In this document: one piece after another, positions 11,860 through 23,412 of the stretch
Numbering within the stretch: the stretch's first letter is position 1
How the letters are laid out: every line of letters begins with the position of its first letter
DNA from: an uncultured delta proteobacterium
GTDB taxonomy: Bacteria > Desulfobacterota > Desulfomonilia > UBA1062
Assembly: GCA_963785235.1 (NCBI GenBank)
Contig: CAWAUM010000011.1
Coordinates: 96,001 to 160,000, forward strand
Direction: 5' to 3'
DNA length: 64,000 nt
Program-made: the position numbers and the translations under genes
Notes under the pieces: model-generated
Databases searched by the model: none
Seen by the model: the letters and a program-made list of their open reading frames with translations, nothing else
What the model was told of the DNA's origin: nothing

Positions 11860-12071
11860 CAGGAGCTTATCCACCTACTGGCCGCTTGAAGATCTCTGCG
11901 ATTACGTGGCACTTTTCAAGGGCCCCAAAACCGGTGATCTTTGTTTGAAACATATGCGGCAAGACGTGTATCATTCCAGAATACGACACAAGGCACAAAA
12001 TCTACAGTGAACTTTCTCTGGATAAGGTGGCAGACGCCCCATCGCGGCCATACGGCTATTCATTGATTTGA

Positions 12072-12728
12072 TTATCTAAAGTTTATCGTTTTCCCATCTG
12101 GTAGTGTAACTGTACCAGTGCCCTTGAGATAGACAAGACCTTTGCCTTCGATAACACCAAAATACATTGGTTCGTCTCCCGGTGTCTCAAAGAGGAATCC
12201 CTTGAACAGTTCGAATTTCAGACCGTATGTGCGAAATGCAACGATTGATCTGTCACCTGTTGGACTGATGAGGATTCCTCTCTCATCGAATGAGAAGGTA
12301 TCCTGATGTGGGGTCTTCCCACCACTGAATGGTTTTGGGGTGAACCTTCCTATTTTATTTATGCCTTCGCCTTTTTTTGTGAAGTATCCAATAATACCTT
12401 TTCCAGGCATTCTTTTTTGCCACGCATTCCATCTTTCTCCCAGCATGTCGACGGAGATCGTGACGCTAGTTTCAGGCTTTATTTCATTGAAGGCAGCCAG
12501 TTTGTCCTGCAACTCAATGGCAGTCTTGGCTTGTTGGGCAAGGGAGCCTTCCGGGAATCTCTTCAGAAAATCTTGAAGAGATTGTATACTAAATGAATCT
12601 ACCTCTTCCCATGCTTTCTGCTCAGGTGTTTTAGGTTTTTCTTCCTGTGCGGCGACCCATGAAGCCATTGACATTGTCGTTGCTACGACAAGGCACATCA
12701 TTGTGTAAAATACCGATCTTTTTTTCAT
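12072..12728 (-). CDS. Hypothetical exported protein
   Basis: Signal-peptide-like N-terminus and an 'AWEEV...LQDFLKRFPEG' helical motif; start uncertain. Confidence 0.65.
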   Translation of the reverse strand: MKKRSVFYTMMCLVVATTMSMASWVAAQEEKPKTPEQKAWEEVDSFSIQSLQDFLKRFPEGSLAQQAKTAIELQDKLAAFNEIKPETSVTISVDMLGERWNAWQKRMPGKGIIGYFTKKGEGINKIGRFTPKPFSGGKTPHQDTFSFDERGILISPTGDRSIVAFRTYGLKFELFKGFLFETPGDEPMYFGVIEGKGLVYLKGTGTVTLPDGKTINFR

Positions 12729-13146
12729 CAGCCTTCTTTTTGAACTCAAATCTTACAAGGTGTCAATGATTACTATATCGATTTCATATCAAAATATAAA
12801 CCTTCCCTGTCCTTGCATATCACTGAGACTCAATTATTATCCTTACATCAACACCGATCAAACCTGGATGGTCGGTAAATAGGCATGGGTATCGATCATC
12901 TCAGGATACATATCAAGCACTATTCTTTTTCTATGCCGGCATGTCCTTCCTATCTATTTTGTTCAGGTGATCTGTTTAGACCAGGGAGTATCAGGTGATT
13001 TTTAGATAAAGCCCCCCGGTTAAAAGTCTATACGTTTACTAAAACGAAGCTACTCAATTCTTTCAATCAAAAGAAAATCTTAAAGAAGTAACTCAAGTTT
13101 TGCACCCCCCTGATTTTAAGGAGTGCGATAACGTAACAATAAGGCC

Positions 13147-14614
13147 TCAAGGTGATTTATCGGCATCCCTGCCTCGCCTTGGGCGAAGCCTGTATGCCCG
13201 AAGAAGCAGCGCGATCGCAAACCATCCACTGATGAGAGCAAACGGCACTGCAATCCATTCCGGCCTGAGTACGGCCAGCACGGCAAGTGCAAGGAGCAGT
13301 ACGCCTGCTCCGAGTGTGATCTTCGCCTCCGCAGGGCCCAGCGTCCGGCGGTTGCTGATGGCTGCCTCGACCACACTGCCGACCCTGATGACCCCGACCC
13401 CTGCGCGACCGATGCTCCCTTGAGCATGCCCTTTCATGCGGGGAGGTCTTTTGGGCCGTTCCTGGGCCAGGCAAACCTTGTGGCGAGCGCTCAGGACGAT
13501 CTCCGTGGAACGCGTCAGGTCCTCCAGGTACATCCGCTCCATGGACTGGGCGAAGCCCTCATCTTCCACTGCCACATCCAGCTCGTAATTTCCGAGCCAG
13601 CTTGAAAGGTTGAGGTTTGTGGACCCGATCCTGGCCCACCTGCCGTCGGCAACTGCGGTCTTGGCATGGAGCATGGACCCGTTCCATTCAAAGACCCTGA
13701 CCCCGGCCTCCAGCAAAGGCTGGTATCCTGCCCTTGACAGTGCCCCCAATATCGGGATGTCTGTGGTCCCCGGCACGAGCAGTCTGACATCCACCCCGTC
13801 TTTCGCCGCAGCGCCAAGGGACTGCACATACGGGGCTATGCCTACAAAGTAGGCGTCTGTCAGCCACAGAGACTTTCTGGCCACTGCCGCAATCATCTGA
13901 TCCAGGCGATAAAGGCCTGCTGTGTTCGGAACACTTGCCACCACCCGCAGCGTCACATCACCTGCAGGATGAATGGCGCTCATGTCCGGCATCTCGTCTT
14001 CAGGAAGGGGGGCGCCCATGGTAGCCCATACATCGGCAAAGGCGCGTTCGATATCCGCCACCGCAGGACCCTTTACCATGATGCCTGTGTCGCGCCACGG
14101 TTCGATGGAGCGCTCCGGATAGCCGACCCATATGCTGCCTATACACAGGCCTGTGACAAAGCCGATCTGTGGAGTCGACCACGATCATCTTGCGGTGGTC
14201 CCGGCTCAGCCAGCTCATTGGATGGTCGAAGCGCGGCGGGTTGAAGCATCGCACCTCCACACCGGCGGACTTGAGCCTCTCCCAGAAGTGGTTAGAGGCC
14301 TTTCCCACAGAGCCCAGCCAGTCATAGATAAGTCTGACACGGATCCCTTCCCTGGCCTTGGAGGCAAGGACATCGGCGAACTGGTTGCCGATATCGTCCT
14401 CGGTTATGATGTAGTTCTCGAAAAGTATGCTTTTTTTTGCAGAGCCCATGGCATCGAGCCAGGCAGGATAGTTTTCATGGGCGTCTTTGAGGATTTGAAC
14501 GCTGTTCCCTGCTATGAGTGGGGCCCCTGCAGCCCTTGAGAAGGCCTGCTCGGCGAGCAGGCGGACATATGGATTCGCCTCTGGGGAGGGAAGCTGGGGG
14601 GAATGCCGTTTCAT
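13147..14614 (-). CDS. cls: Cardiolipin synthase / phospholipase D with C-terminal TM pair (frameshift near 14170)
   Basis: Two HKD motifs ([10 protein letters not shown]; LHAKTAVAD...GSTN) in two frames. Confidence 0.88.
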
Positions 14615-14722
14615 AGAAATACAATCTAACAGGGCAGGCCAGGGACGTCCATATATTTACTGGGGAGAGGAAAATAGTTTGATTATTTCGATATAATTAT
14701 GAGGTGTATACTCCTTGTTCAT

Positions 14723-16232
14723 TCACTCAAACCGGAAAAGGTGGCCGCAATGGGTACAGTTGAACTGAGGAAGCTTGAATGCAGGTGATACCTGGACTAT
14801 CCGGCCGCAACTGATGCAGGTGAAACTTTGCCAGGTCCCGGGGATCCTTGTCTCTTCCTGGTACCCCTTAATCAGGGCATCAGTCTTTGCCTTCTGCGGT
14901 TTTTCCGGTTGCCCGGGTCTTGAAAAGGCAGCCGTATCGGCCAGGATGGCGGACATGGCCTGCTGATCGGCCACTTTCACCGTGTGGGGCCTGTTGCACC
15001 GGGGGCATCTGATTTCTCCGCGGGCGAATTCAGGGGGGATCTTCATCTTCATCCCGCATTCGCAGGCAATGAAGACGAACTGGTTCATGGCCCTGATAAT
15101 GTCTCCGGCCTTCCCGGCATTCACCCGAGAACCCGGCTGGGATTGCACGGTTGGCGGGGAAGGCTCGCGTATGCGCAATCCCAACACCCAGCTTCATGTC
15201 GGATGCAGCGATCAATTCCTTATGCGTATGGGTCACGGTCCAATAAGCCTTTACATAATCTTTGAACGCGGCCCCTGTACTCATGAGCCGCAGGATCTTT
15301 ATCCTCTGCCCCAAAGGCGGGTGGGTGGCAAACACAGAGTCATCCAGGTCCTGTTTGTAGGGGTTTGCTATGTAGAACGGAGCGGTTGCCTTGGGGGCGG
15401 TAGTGAGTTTTTCCGGGGACAGCATGATCTTTTCCAGCGCGCAGGCCAGACCTTCCGGGTACCTTGTCAACCTGGCGCTCGTGGCATCGGCCAGGTATTC
15501 GCGGCTGCGGGATATGGTGAAGTAGAGGATGCGTGAAAGGATGGGGCTGAAGATGACAAGGAAGAAACCGAGCACAATCAGCCATACATTGATCAGGCCC
15601 TTGCCCGCCCTGGATGCCGATGAGCGGTACCGGGCAACGGGGGCGTACCGCAAAGAGTGGAGAAAGCTGTCTGCGATGAGGGTAACAGCGCCCAGCATGG
15701 TCGCTGCGACCGTCATAAAGAGAACGTCGCGGTTGATGATATGGCCCATCTCGTGGGCGACCACCCCCTGAAGCTCATCCCTGCTGCACATGGCAAGCAG
15801 GCCGGCTGTCACGCAGATGCTGCTGTCTTCGGGTGATTTTCCCACGGCAAAGGCATTGGGGGCCGGGTCGTCGATGATGTAGATATCAGGCATCTTCGGC
15901 AGTGAGGATGCAATCTTCATCTCCTCGATGATGTTGTAGAGCTGCGGGTAAAGGTCATGGGTAACCTCTTTGGCGCCCGAGAGGCTTAGAAAAAGCTGAT
16001 CCGAGCCCAACAGGCCCGTCAGGAGAAGCCCCAACCAGATGGCAAGGGCCACACACAGGCCTATGTATCCGGCCTTGAAGGTATCTTCTGCCTGTTGCGG
16101 GGCTGATATGAAACCGCTCCAGATATTGACAAGCTCGCCCACAAAAAATCCGAGCAGGGCAAGGACCATCCCCATGATGAGGACCAGGAGCACGGTCTTG
16201 CGTTTGTTCGCCTCGGCGATCTGCAGGAACAT
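14723..16232 (-). CDS. HtpX-like M48 metalloprotease with C-terminal zinc-ribbon domains (frameshift near 15180)
   Basis: Motifs PNAFAVG, VVAHEMGH, SRSREYLAD and THPP; C-terminal CECG/CPRC/CISC/CTHC in the adjacent frame. Confidence 0.85.
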
Positions 16233-16237
16233 GGCTG

Positions 16238-16805
16238 TCAGTGGAAGGTGACCTTGGGTACGGTGCGTTCCGTGGTGTCGGTCTATCTCGAAGGACACCT
16301 CCTTCCTGAAGGTGAACATGCCTGCAACGATACTTGAAGGGAACATCTCGATTTTATTGTTCAGAAAGAGCACTGCATCGTTGTAGGCCTGGCGGGCAAA
16401 GGCTATGCGGTTCTCGGTAGAGGCAAGCTCCTCCTGTACGGCAAGGAAATTCTGGTTGGCCTTGAGCTCGGGGTAATTCTCCACTATGACCATGAACCGT
16501 GATATGGCCTCGCTGAGCCTGGACTCGGCCTGTGCGATCTGGGGTATACCCTTAGCGCCGGTTGCCTCGGATCGAGCCTTGGTTACGGCCTCAAAGGTTC
16601 CCCGCTCATGTCCCATATATCCTTTTGCGGTCTCCACCAGGTTGGGGATAAGGTCGTGCCTGCGCTTGAGCTGGACATCGATCTGCGACCAGGAGTTCTT
16701 TACCAGGTTCCTCAGGCCTATGAGTGAATTATAGGCAGTTATCAGGTAAAGGACTATAAAGATAAGGATACCAATGATCACCCAGAACACGATTGTTCCT
16801 GTCAT
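16238..16805 (-). CDS. lemA: LemA family protein (3' frameshift causes apparent fusion to M48)
   Basis: Motifs YNSL...SWSQIDVQLKRRHDLIPNLVE and ENYPELKANQNF; the typical PKVTF* end lies in the shifted frame. Confidence 0.92.
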
Positions 16806-17200
16806 ACACTCCCCTCCTTTTGTGCGGTAAACATAGCATCCAGCAGCCTTATGAGCGGGCTTGACTGCCTCTCGGTGCTGCTGAGTGCAAGGATCTTTTT
16901 CAGCTCACCCGCATCGGACCACATGCCATGCCCTTTGCATCGGTCCAGCAGAACCTTTTCGGCCTTTCCGAGAAACTCTTTTTCCATGGGCCTGCGGCAC
17001 ACCGGGCATTTTCTTTTTTTCTCCAGGGTTGTGGCGCTGGTTAAGGTCTTCATGAGATGGTCTTTCCCGCCTGCAATCCTGATAAGGTGCTCCATCTCGC
17101 CCTTGTCAAGCCAGATACCCCTGCACGTGAAGCAATAATCCACCTCGATATCGGCAAACTCAAGGGTCACCAGCTGGTTCGAGCAACGTGGGCATTCCAT
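16802..17200 (-). CDS. Double zf-TFIIB zinc-ribbon protein
   Basis: CPRC...VDYCFTCRGIWLDKGE and CPVC...LDRCKGHGMWSDAGE; overlaps the lemA start. Confidence 0.82.
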   Translation of the reverse strand: MECPRCSNQLVTLEFADIEVDYCFTCRGIWLDKGEMEHLIRIAGGKDHLMKTLTSATTLEKKRKCPVCRRPMEKEFLGKAEKVLLDRCKGHGMWSDAGELKKILALSSTERQSSPLIRLLDAMFTAQKEGSV

Positions 17201-17468
17201 AGTAAAGTTCCTTCCCCTCTTTGTCGGACTCTTGGCCGGCACACTTGAACATGTGAAGGGTTGCATGCACGCCAGCCTTAGAGAATCAACCTATTAACCC
17301 AAGATTTTGCAGGTGGACCAAAATTCTATGAACATCAGGCGAGCTTTTAACGGCAATGAAGATTTTACGCATTGAGTGAAAGCCCGGGTTCATACAACCC
17401 GCAAGAGGCATTTGCAAAAAAAACTCAATATAAAGCTGTCAGCTCGCCTGCGAAGGCGGGGGTCAAGA

Positions 17469-18825
17469 TCACTCTTTCTTATCCATCTTCCGGTACAGGG
17501 TCCTTGTCGATATTCCCAGCAGTTTGGATGCCAGGCCCTTGTCGCCCTTGGTGCGCTTGAGGGTCTCTTCCATGAGGATGCGCTCCACCTCCTCCATGGG
17601 CGTGCCAAGCGGGATGGTTACGGATTCCATGGCCGGGATGCTCTCCGAGAGGATATCAGCAGGCAGGTCATCGGCGCCGATGATGCCGTCCCGGTCGAGT
17701 ACTACGCTGCGTTCGATTACATTTTCCAGCTCCCGGACATTGCCCGGCCATTCATAGCCTAAGAGGATCTCCATGGCCTTGGATTCGAGCCCTTTCATTT
17801 CCTTGCCGTTCTTTCGGGAAAACCGGTTGATGAAGTGCTGGACCAGGTTAGGGATATCCTCCCTGCGTTCCTTTAAGGATGGGAGCTGCAGAGAGATGAC
17901 ATTAAGTCTCCAATAGAGGTCTTCGCGGAACTGGCCCTGCTTCACCATGGCGGCAAGGTCCTTGTTGGTGGCGGTGATGATGCGGACATCCACCTTGACG
18001 GTCTTGTTGCTGCCGAGCCGTTCAAAGGTTTCCTCCTGGAGGATCCGCAGCAGCTTTACCTGAACCGCAGGCGGGACTTCACCGATCTCATCCAAGAAGA
18101 TGCTTGATTTGTCCGCAGCCTCAAAGCGGCCTTCCTTTCTGCCCGCAGCGCCGGTGAAAGCGCCTTTTTCGTAGCCGAAAAGCTCCGACTCGATGAGCGT
18201 CTCAGGGATAGCAGCGCAGTTGACCTTGACCATGGGGCGTTCGGCCCTGGGCGAGAACTTGTGGATCATGTCGGCAATCACTTCCTTGCCCGTGCCCGAG
18301 GCTCCCATGATGAGGATCGTGGCCTGGCTCGGGGCCACCTGATGCACGATCTCCACGAGTTTCTTCATCTTGGGGCTTGCGGTCTCGATAAGGGGGGTTG
18401 ATTCAATGGCCTCGATGCGTTCCTTCATCTTGACGTTGTCCATGGTGAGGACCTGCTTCTCGATGGCCTTTTGGACCGCCTTCAAAATATCCGCCTTCTT
18501 GAAGGGCTTGGTGATATAGTCGTAAGCGCCCTGCTTCATGGAATCTACCGCGGTGTCCACCGAGGCATAGCCTGTAATCATAATGACCTCGGTGTAGGGG
18601 GAGATGGACTTGCATACCTTGAGCAGCTCAAGCCCGTCCATGCCGGCCATGCGGATGTCCGAGATAAGGAGGTCGATATCGCTAGCCGCGTATGAGCTTG
18701 AATGCCTCATCTCCGTTGGACGCGGTCACCACGTCAAACCCCTCTTTTTCAAGGATCTTCTTCAGGGACTGCCGGATGCCTATTTCATCATCAACTACCA
18801 GGATCTTTTTAGTCAGGTTGCTCAC
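17469..18825 (-). CDS. Sigma54-dependent NtrC-family response regulator (frameshift near 18685)
   Basis: REC domain (KILVVDDE, LLISDIRM, KP), AAA domain (GASGTGKE, GAFTGA, FLDEIGE) and Fis HTH; GTG start. Confidence 0.93.
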
Positions 18826-19877
18826 GGCTCAAATGGGTCCTTTTTTTGGGTTTCGATTTTTATTTTATTCCTGCCTTCTTCTATGATGATCTCTTCAAAG
18901 ATGGTCTTTCCTGCGGTAGAAGTTGCGTACACATAATATTTGCCGGGCTTTACTGTTTGGATGGTTGCCCTGTTCTTTTTCGGATCGACAGCTCCTTTGT
19001 AGCGCATCGACGCCTTTTTCAACTCGTTCGATCTGGTTTTGAAATCACTGATGACACCCTTGGTATCTCGCTCAAAGAGACCCCTGGCAGTTGCAAGTGC
19101 CTCGGTTTTTGCTTTATTCTCATCATGTGCCCGGGCAGATGCCCCCTGGTATGCCGCCAGGACATCGGCAAAGGCCTCTTTCACGTCCATGACCTTGGTC
19201 TGGCCTTTATACCCTTTCTGGGAGACAAAGTGGAGATCAGTAACCTCGAAGGATAAACCACCCGGCATGGAGGTCTTGATGCGGTCGATGTCCTTGTCCG
19301 TGAGTTCGCTGAGGAAGAAAGAAAGGTGCTCAAGATCAGCGCCCTGATTCGTGAGGCTTTCGCCGGGGGCCAGGCCGGAAATAAGATTCTTGGAGTTGAT
19401 GAATTCGAGCACGAGCATGGTGGTGATGGGCAGCGGTGTATTGCCGATGAGCGGCTTGTATATGATGTCGCTGATGACCTTGTCCGAGTTGTTGTGCACC
19501 GTATAGGTGAAGGTAATTTCACCCAGGGCCGATGCCTTGGTGATCTGTGCATTGGCGGAATGGATCGTGATGGGGATCTTGGCGATATAGTGCTTTCTCA
19601 AGCTGTCGATCTTTTCTTTATAGGCCTTGTCGGACTGGACAACCTGCAGGGCTGATGCCTTCAATTCGGACTCGAGTCTGCTTATCTGGTAGCGATTATT
19701 TTCTTCCTTGAGCCCCGAGTTCAACCTTTCCTTGAGATGATCCAGCACTGCAAGGGTTCCGCTCGAGAGGAGCTCAACCTCGGTGATGCCCTGGGGGACC
19801 GTTACAACAAGCCTGGCCGGAAAGGCGCTGATGGGAAGCAGGAGCAGGAAACATATGGTGGTCAAAAGTAATCTCAT
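18822..19877 (-). CDS. Hypothetical exported protein within the two-component operon
   Basis: Signal peptide MRLLLTTICFLLLLPISAFPA preceded by GGAGG; translationally coupled on both sides. Confidence 0.75.
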   Translation of the reverse strand: MRLLLTTICFLLLLPISAFPARLVVTVPQGITEVELLSSGTLAVLDHLKERLNSGLKEENNRYQISRLESELKASALQVVQSDKAYKEKIDSLRKHYIAKIPITIHSANAQITKASALGEITFTYTVHNNSDKVISDIIYKPLIGNTPLPITTMLVLEFINSKNLISGLAPGESLTNQGADLEHLSFFLSELTDKDIDRIKTSMPGGLSFEVTDLHFVSQKGYKGQTKVMDVKEAFADVLAAYQGASARAHDENKAKTEALATARGLFERDTKGVISDFKTRSNELKKASMRYKGAVDPKKNRATIQTVKPGKYYVYATSTAGKTIFEEIIIEEGRNKIKIETQKKDPFEP

Positions 19878-19878
19878 A

Positions 19879-22047
19879 TCACGCCTCCGCCAGAGTCTTT
19901 TCTTCTTCCGGATGGAAGGGGACTGAAAAGATAAAGGTCGATCCTGTCCCCTTCTGGCTTTCCACATCGACCCACCCGTCATGGGCGTTTGCAATGTACT
20001 GGACAAGGGACAGACCGAGGCCTGTGCCATTGTCCTTGGTGGTGAAATACGGGTCGAATATCCTCCTGGAGATCTCAGGGGGGATGCCGTATCCGGTATC
20101 CTTCACCAGGAGCAGGAAGTTGTCTTTGATCCCCATGAGGGATATCTCCAAACTGCCTCCAGAGGGCATTGCATCTTCCGCATTCTTAATGAGGTTTATC
20201 AAAAGCTGCTTGAATTGTCCACGGTCTATCATGATATTCGGCAGCCTTTCCTGGCATACGATGGCCGTTTCGATGGCTCTTCGCTTGAGCTCGGGCAGCA
20301 GCATGGACACTACGGTGGACACCTCGGTCTCCGGGTTTACGAGCTGTTTTTTCGGGCGTGGGAGGCGGGCATAGGACAGGTACTCGTCAGTGATCTGGGA
20401 GAGACGGTCAATCTCTTCCTTGATAATCCGGACGAGCTCAAGGCCCTCCTCGTTTTTGTCGTGCTCCTTGAGCTCGTCCTCCAGCAGTTCGGAATGGAGC
20501 AATATGGAGGTCAAAGGGTTGCGGATCTCGTGGGCCACATGGGCCGACATCTGGCCTACGGCTGCGAGTTTCTCAGCCTGTATGAGCTTCTCTGTGAGCG
20601 CCTTCTTATCCGTGATATCCACCGCATACTGGACAACATAGTCCACCTCACCCTTTGATCCGAACAAGGGGATGGCGCTCATATCGAAGAAGTAGGGCTT
20701 GCCGAGGATATCCATTCGTGTGTCCCTTTCGGTGACGATTCCTGCGCTTTTAAAGCACTTTTCCACGAGCCTGGTGTTGCAGATGCGCTCGTTTTCGGAA
20801 AAATCAAGGGAGCAGTGCTTGTCGATCACGTCTTCCCTCTTCAGGCCATAGAGGTCGCACAGACGCTGGTTGATGTCCGTGATGGTAAAGGCGGCATCGA
20901 TCATGGCCAGGTAATGCGGCACGCCGTTGAAGATGGTCTCCATCCGCTTGTGGGCTACAAGGACCTTGTCCGCCCACTTATTCCTCTCAGAGGCCCCGGC
21001 CCGGGCCCTGTTGATCCTGAGCATGATGATGGTTGCTATCAGCACGAAGCCTATGCTCACCGAGCCTAACATGAGGGTGTTGCGGAAGGTGCCGGACATG
21101 AGCGAGATGACCTCGCGGTACGGCGAAGTAGAGATGGTGACCCATCTTCTATTGAGAAAATGCACCGAAGAGAAGGCCAGGAGCTTTTTCGCCGGCTCTT
21201 TTTCAGGGTAGCTGGGGAAGATGAACTCATGCATGCCGTCATTTTTCAGGGTCATGGCATCCTGGATGGCATCCACGCCCGATATCTTTAAGCCCTGCTT
21301 CTTGAGCCCGATGATCACATCATTCAGATTGAGCCCGATCCATTTCGGGTTGGGGTGGTAGAGGATCATGCCTGTCTCGTCGAGCATCCAGACATAACCG
21401 GATTTTGACGGCCTGATGGGTGCTACATAGTGGGCAGTGATATTCGACAGGTCGATGGCACAGCCGATTACACCATGGAATTTACCATCATCGCCCTTTA
21501 AGGGGAAAGAGATGATAAAGGTCTCGAAGCGTCCGGGTATATCGTAATACTGTTCTCCCCCCACCATGATGATGTCCGAGACATAGGGGACATTAAGCTC
21601 CCTGGCCACACGGAAATAGGTCCTGAAGCTGAAATCTTTGCCCTCGAGCCCCGGGAGGAGTTGTCTGGGGTAGTGGTAGCGCATGATGCCGCTTTTGTCC
21701 TCCCAGAACACGAATATCACCTTGCTCTTCAATGAGTTGAAAACATTCTGAACCGATACCCTGATGGCCTCAGGATCGCCGTTGGATACCCCTTTGATGT
21801 GGGCGGTGAGGCTCAGGCTGTTGGTGATGTCGTGCATATACTGCTCGATACCCATGGCTGTCTGCTGGGCCAGCAGACCCTGCTCGCGGTTGAACTGGGC
21901 TGCCATTTCCCTCTCGACGCCGTGGTAGGAGTACATGGCGAACATGATCACGAAGCCGAGAACAATAAAGGTGCCCAACCAGATGAGGATATCCCACTTG
22001 GTCTCTTTGAGTTCTATGGTATGCCGCTTTGTCGTATTTTGTCTCAT
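19879..22047 (-). CDS. Sensor histidine kinase (Cache, PAS, HisKA, HATPase)
   Basis: Two TMs around a Cache-like domain; H-box AHEIRNPL, N-box NLIKNA, DTGYG and GTGLGL. Confidence 0.93.
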   Translation of the reverse strand: MRQNTTKRHTIELKETKWDILIWLGTFIVLGFVIMFAMYSYHGVEREMAAQFNREQGLLAQQTAMGIEQYMHDITNSLSLTAHIKGVSNGDPEAIRVSVQNVFNSLKSKVIFVFWEDKSGIMRYHYPRQLLPGLEGKDFSFRTYFRVARELNVPYVSDIIMVGGEQYYDIPGRFETFIISFPLKGDDGKFHGVIGCAIDLSNITAHYVAPIRPSKSGYVWMLDETGMILYHPNPKWIGLNLNDVIIGLKKQGLKISGVDAIQDAMTLKNDGMHEFIFPSYPEKEPAKKLLAFSSVHFLNRRWVTISTSPYREVISLMSGTFRNTLMLGSVSIGFVLIATIIMLRINRARAGASERNKWADKVLVAHKRMETIFNGVPHYLAMIDAAFTITDINQRLCDLYGLKREDVIDKHCSLDFSENERICNTRLVEKCFKSAGIVTERDTRMDILGKPYFFDMSAIPLFGSKGEVDYVVQYAVDITDKKALTEKLIQAEKLAAVGQMSAHVAHEIRNPLTSILLHSELLEDELKEHDKNEEGLELVRIIKEEIDRLSQITDEYLSYARLPRPKKQLVNPETEVSTVVSMLLPELKRRAIETAIVCQERLPNIMIDRGQFKQLLINLIKNAEDAMPSGGSLEISLMGIKDNFLLLVKDTGYGIPPEISRRIFDPYFTTKDNGTGLGLSLVQYIANAHDGWVDVESQKGTGSTFIFSVPFHPEEEKTLAEA

Positions 22048-22053
22048 ACGGAA

Positions 22054-23412
22054 TCACCCCAAAAAGGTGTTTATCCCGATGTGCCGGGGCAGGGTTGCGG
22101 CCCTGAGCAACAGGTCTTCGTAGTCGAGGGCAAACAGGGGGCTGATCTCTACGGATATGCCAGGGTCCACATCCACCCCGAGCCGTTTCAGCCAGGAGGT
22201 ATGCAGCTCGCTCTGGAGCAGCCGGGAACTATCAAGGGAATCCGCACCAGTGAGGTTTTTGACCGGGGCGAACTCCTCTTGGCGCATAACTTCGAGGGTA
22301 ATGGTCTTATCCGCCAGGGGCAGCGCATCGAAGAGAAAGGCCTCGAACTTGATGCCGGGGGTCTCCATGGGTCTTCCCTCCGGTCCCCGGACAGTGATCA
22401 TTTTCCGGGCGCGGTGGAACGGCAGTTTGGTCCCCCCTGCGGTGATCTCCTCGGCGAATGTCCGGGTGATCATGTGTATGGCGAGGTTCCCTGCCCAGTG
22501 GAGCATTTCACCATCAGATCCTTTTGCATATCTAACCTCATCACTCATATCACTGTATTCCAGCAGGGTGGTCTTGTTGTTGATTCTTGTGATAACCCCC
22601 ACTTTTTCCTCATAGGTTGACTTTCTGACCACCTTGGAGGACATCTGTGCGCCTGAGAGGTTGTGGAGCCCGAGAAACAGGGGGTCACACACCTTTGCCA
22701 GGGGGTTATCCACCTGGAAATAGAATATTTCCTCGATGCCGAGGTCCTTCATCAGGCGTAAAGAACCGCTGGTGCGCAATGCATTGAAGGTGCCCCCATG
22801 GCCGTCGGGGTTCATGAAGAGCCCGCCGTCTTGCCCAATGATGAATTTCCCTTCTGCGGTTACGGACGGCAGCATCCCCTGGACGAAGAAATACACACGA
22901 TCCCGGTTCAGCCCGAAATACGCGTTATCCCGGAAGTATTCTCGAGTAGGGCCGTCATTTTCCCTGGAGGTCATGATGAACCATGGGATTTTGCCCTGGA
23001 ACTTATGCTCAAGCGCAAGGATCTTTTCTGCAAAAAGCATAAAGAGGCTTTTCCCCTTCACCGGGGTTACCCCTACAACGCCCTTTGGTGCATCAATGCC
23101 CAAGCGGGACCCCTGGCCGCCTGCAACAACAAGTGCTGCAACCTTGCCCGAGCGAAGAAGCTCATGGCCGCGGCGGATGTATACAGAAGCCTCCCCGGAT
23201 GAGGCGAAGGTTGCAGGGATGATATCCGCAGGCTCCACCTCGCCTTGAGGCGGCTCGTAGAGGGTCTCGCCCCTGATGAGCCTCTCCACAAGGTCCATAT
23301 CCACCCCTTCAAGATCGGTTGCGATCCGTTCCATCAAGAGGGGATTATCCCTACTGCTTAGTAGACTTGCGATATGGTCCTGGCCCAGTCTGTTTAGCCT
23401 TTTGACGAGCAT
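22054..23412 (-). CDS. UDPGP-family UTP:hexosamine/hexose-1-P uridylyltransferase (UAP-like)
   Basis: Motifs AGGQGSRLG...PKG, PDGHGG, FQVDNPL, EKVG, EYSD, KFEAFLFD and EFAPVKN. Confidence 0.9.
   Translation of the reverse strand: MLVKRLNRLGQDHIASLLSSRDNPLLMERIATDLEGVDMDLVERLIRGETLYEPPQGEVEPADIIPATFASSGEASVYIRRGHELLRSGKVAALVVAGGQGSRLGIDAPKGVVGVTPVKGKSLFMLFAEKILALEHKFQGKIPWFIMTSRENDGPTREYFRDNAYFGLNRDRVYFFVQGMLPSVTAEGKFIIGQDGGLFMNPDGHGGTFNALRTSGSLRLMKDLGIEEIFYFQVDNPLAKVCDPLFLGLHNLSGAQMSSKVVRKSTYEEKVGVITRINNKTTLLEYSDMSDEVRYAKGSDGEMLHWAGNLAIHMITRTFAEEITAGGTKLPFHRARKMITVRGPEGRPMETPGIKFEAFLFDALPLADKTITLEVMRQEEFAPVKNLTGADSLDSSRLLQSELHTSWLKRLGVDVDPGISVEISPLFALDYEDLLLRAATLPRHIGINTFLG

Noticed and set aside
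12840-12945. Minus-strand 'MIDTHA' fragment resembling a TatD/amidohydrolase start
   Set aside because: Too short and flanked by stops to support a pseudogene call.
15030-16805. Apparent 591-aa LemA-HtpX fusion
   Set aside because: A 1-base shift restores the canonical LemA end (TTERTVPKVTFH*) 5 bp before the protease ATG, consistent with the window's indel errors.
18680-18690. TAG in the response regulator as possible pyrrolysine/readthrough
   Set aside because: The protein continues in a different frame, so this is an indel and not an in-frame stop.
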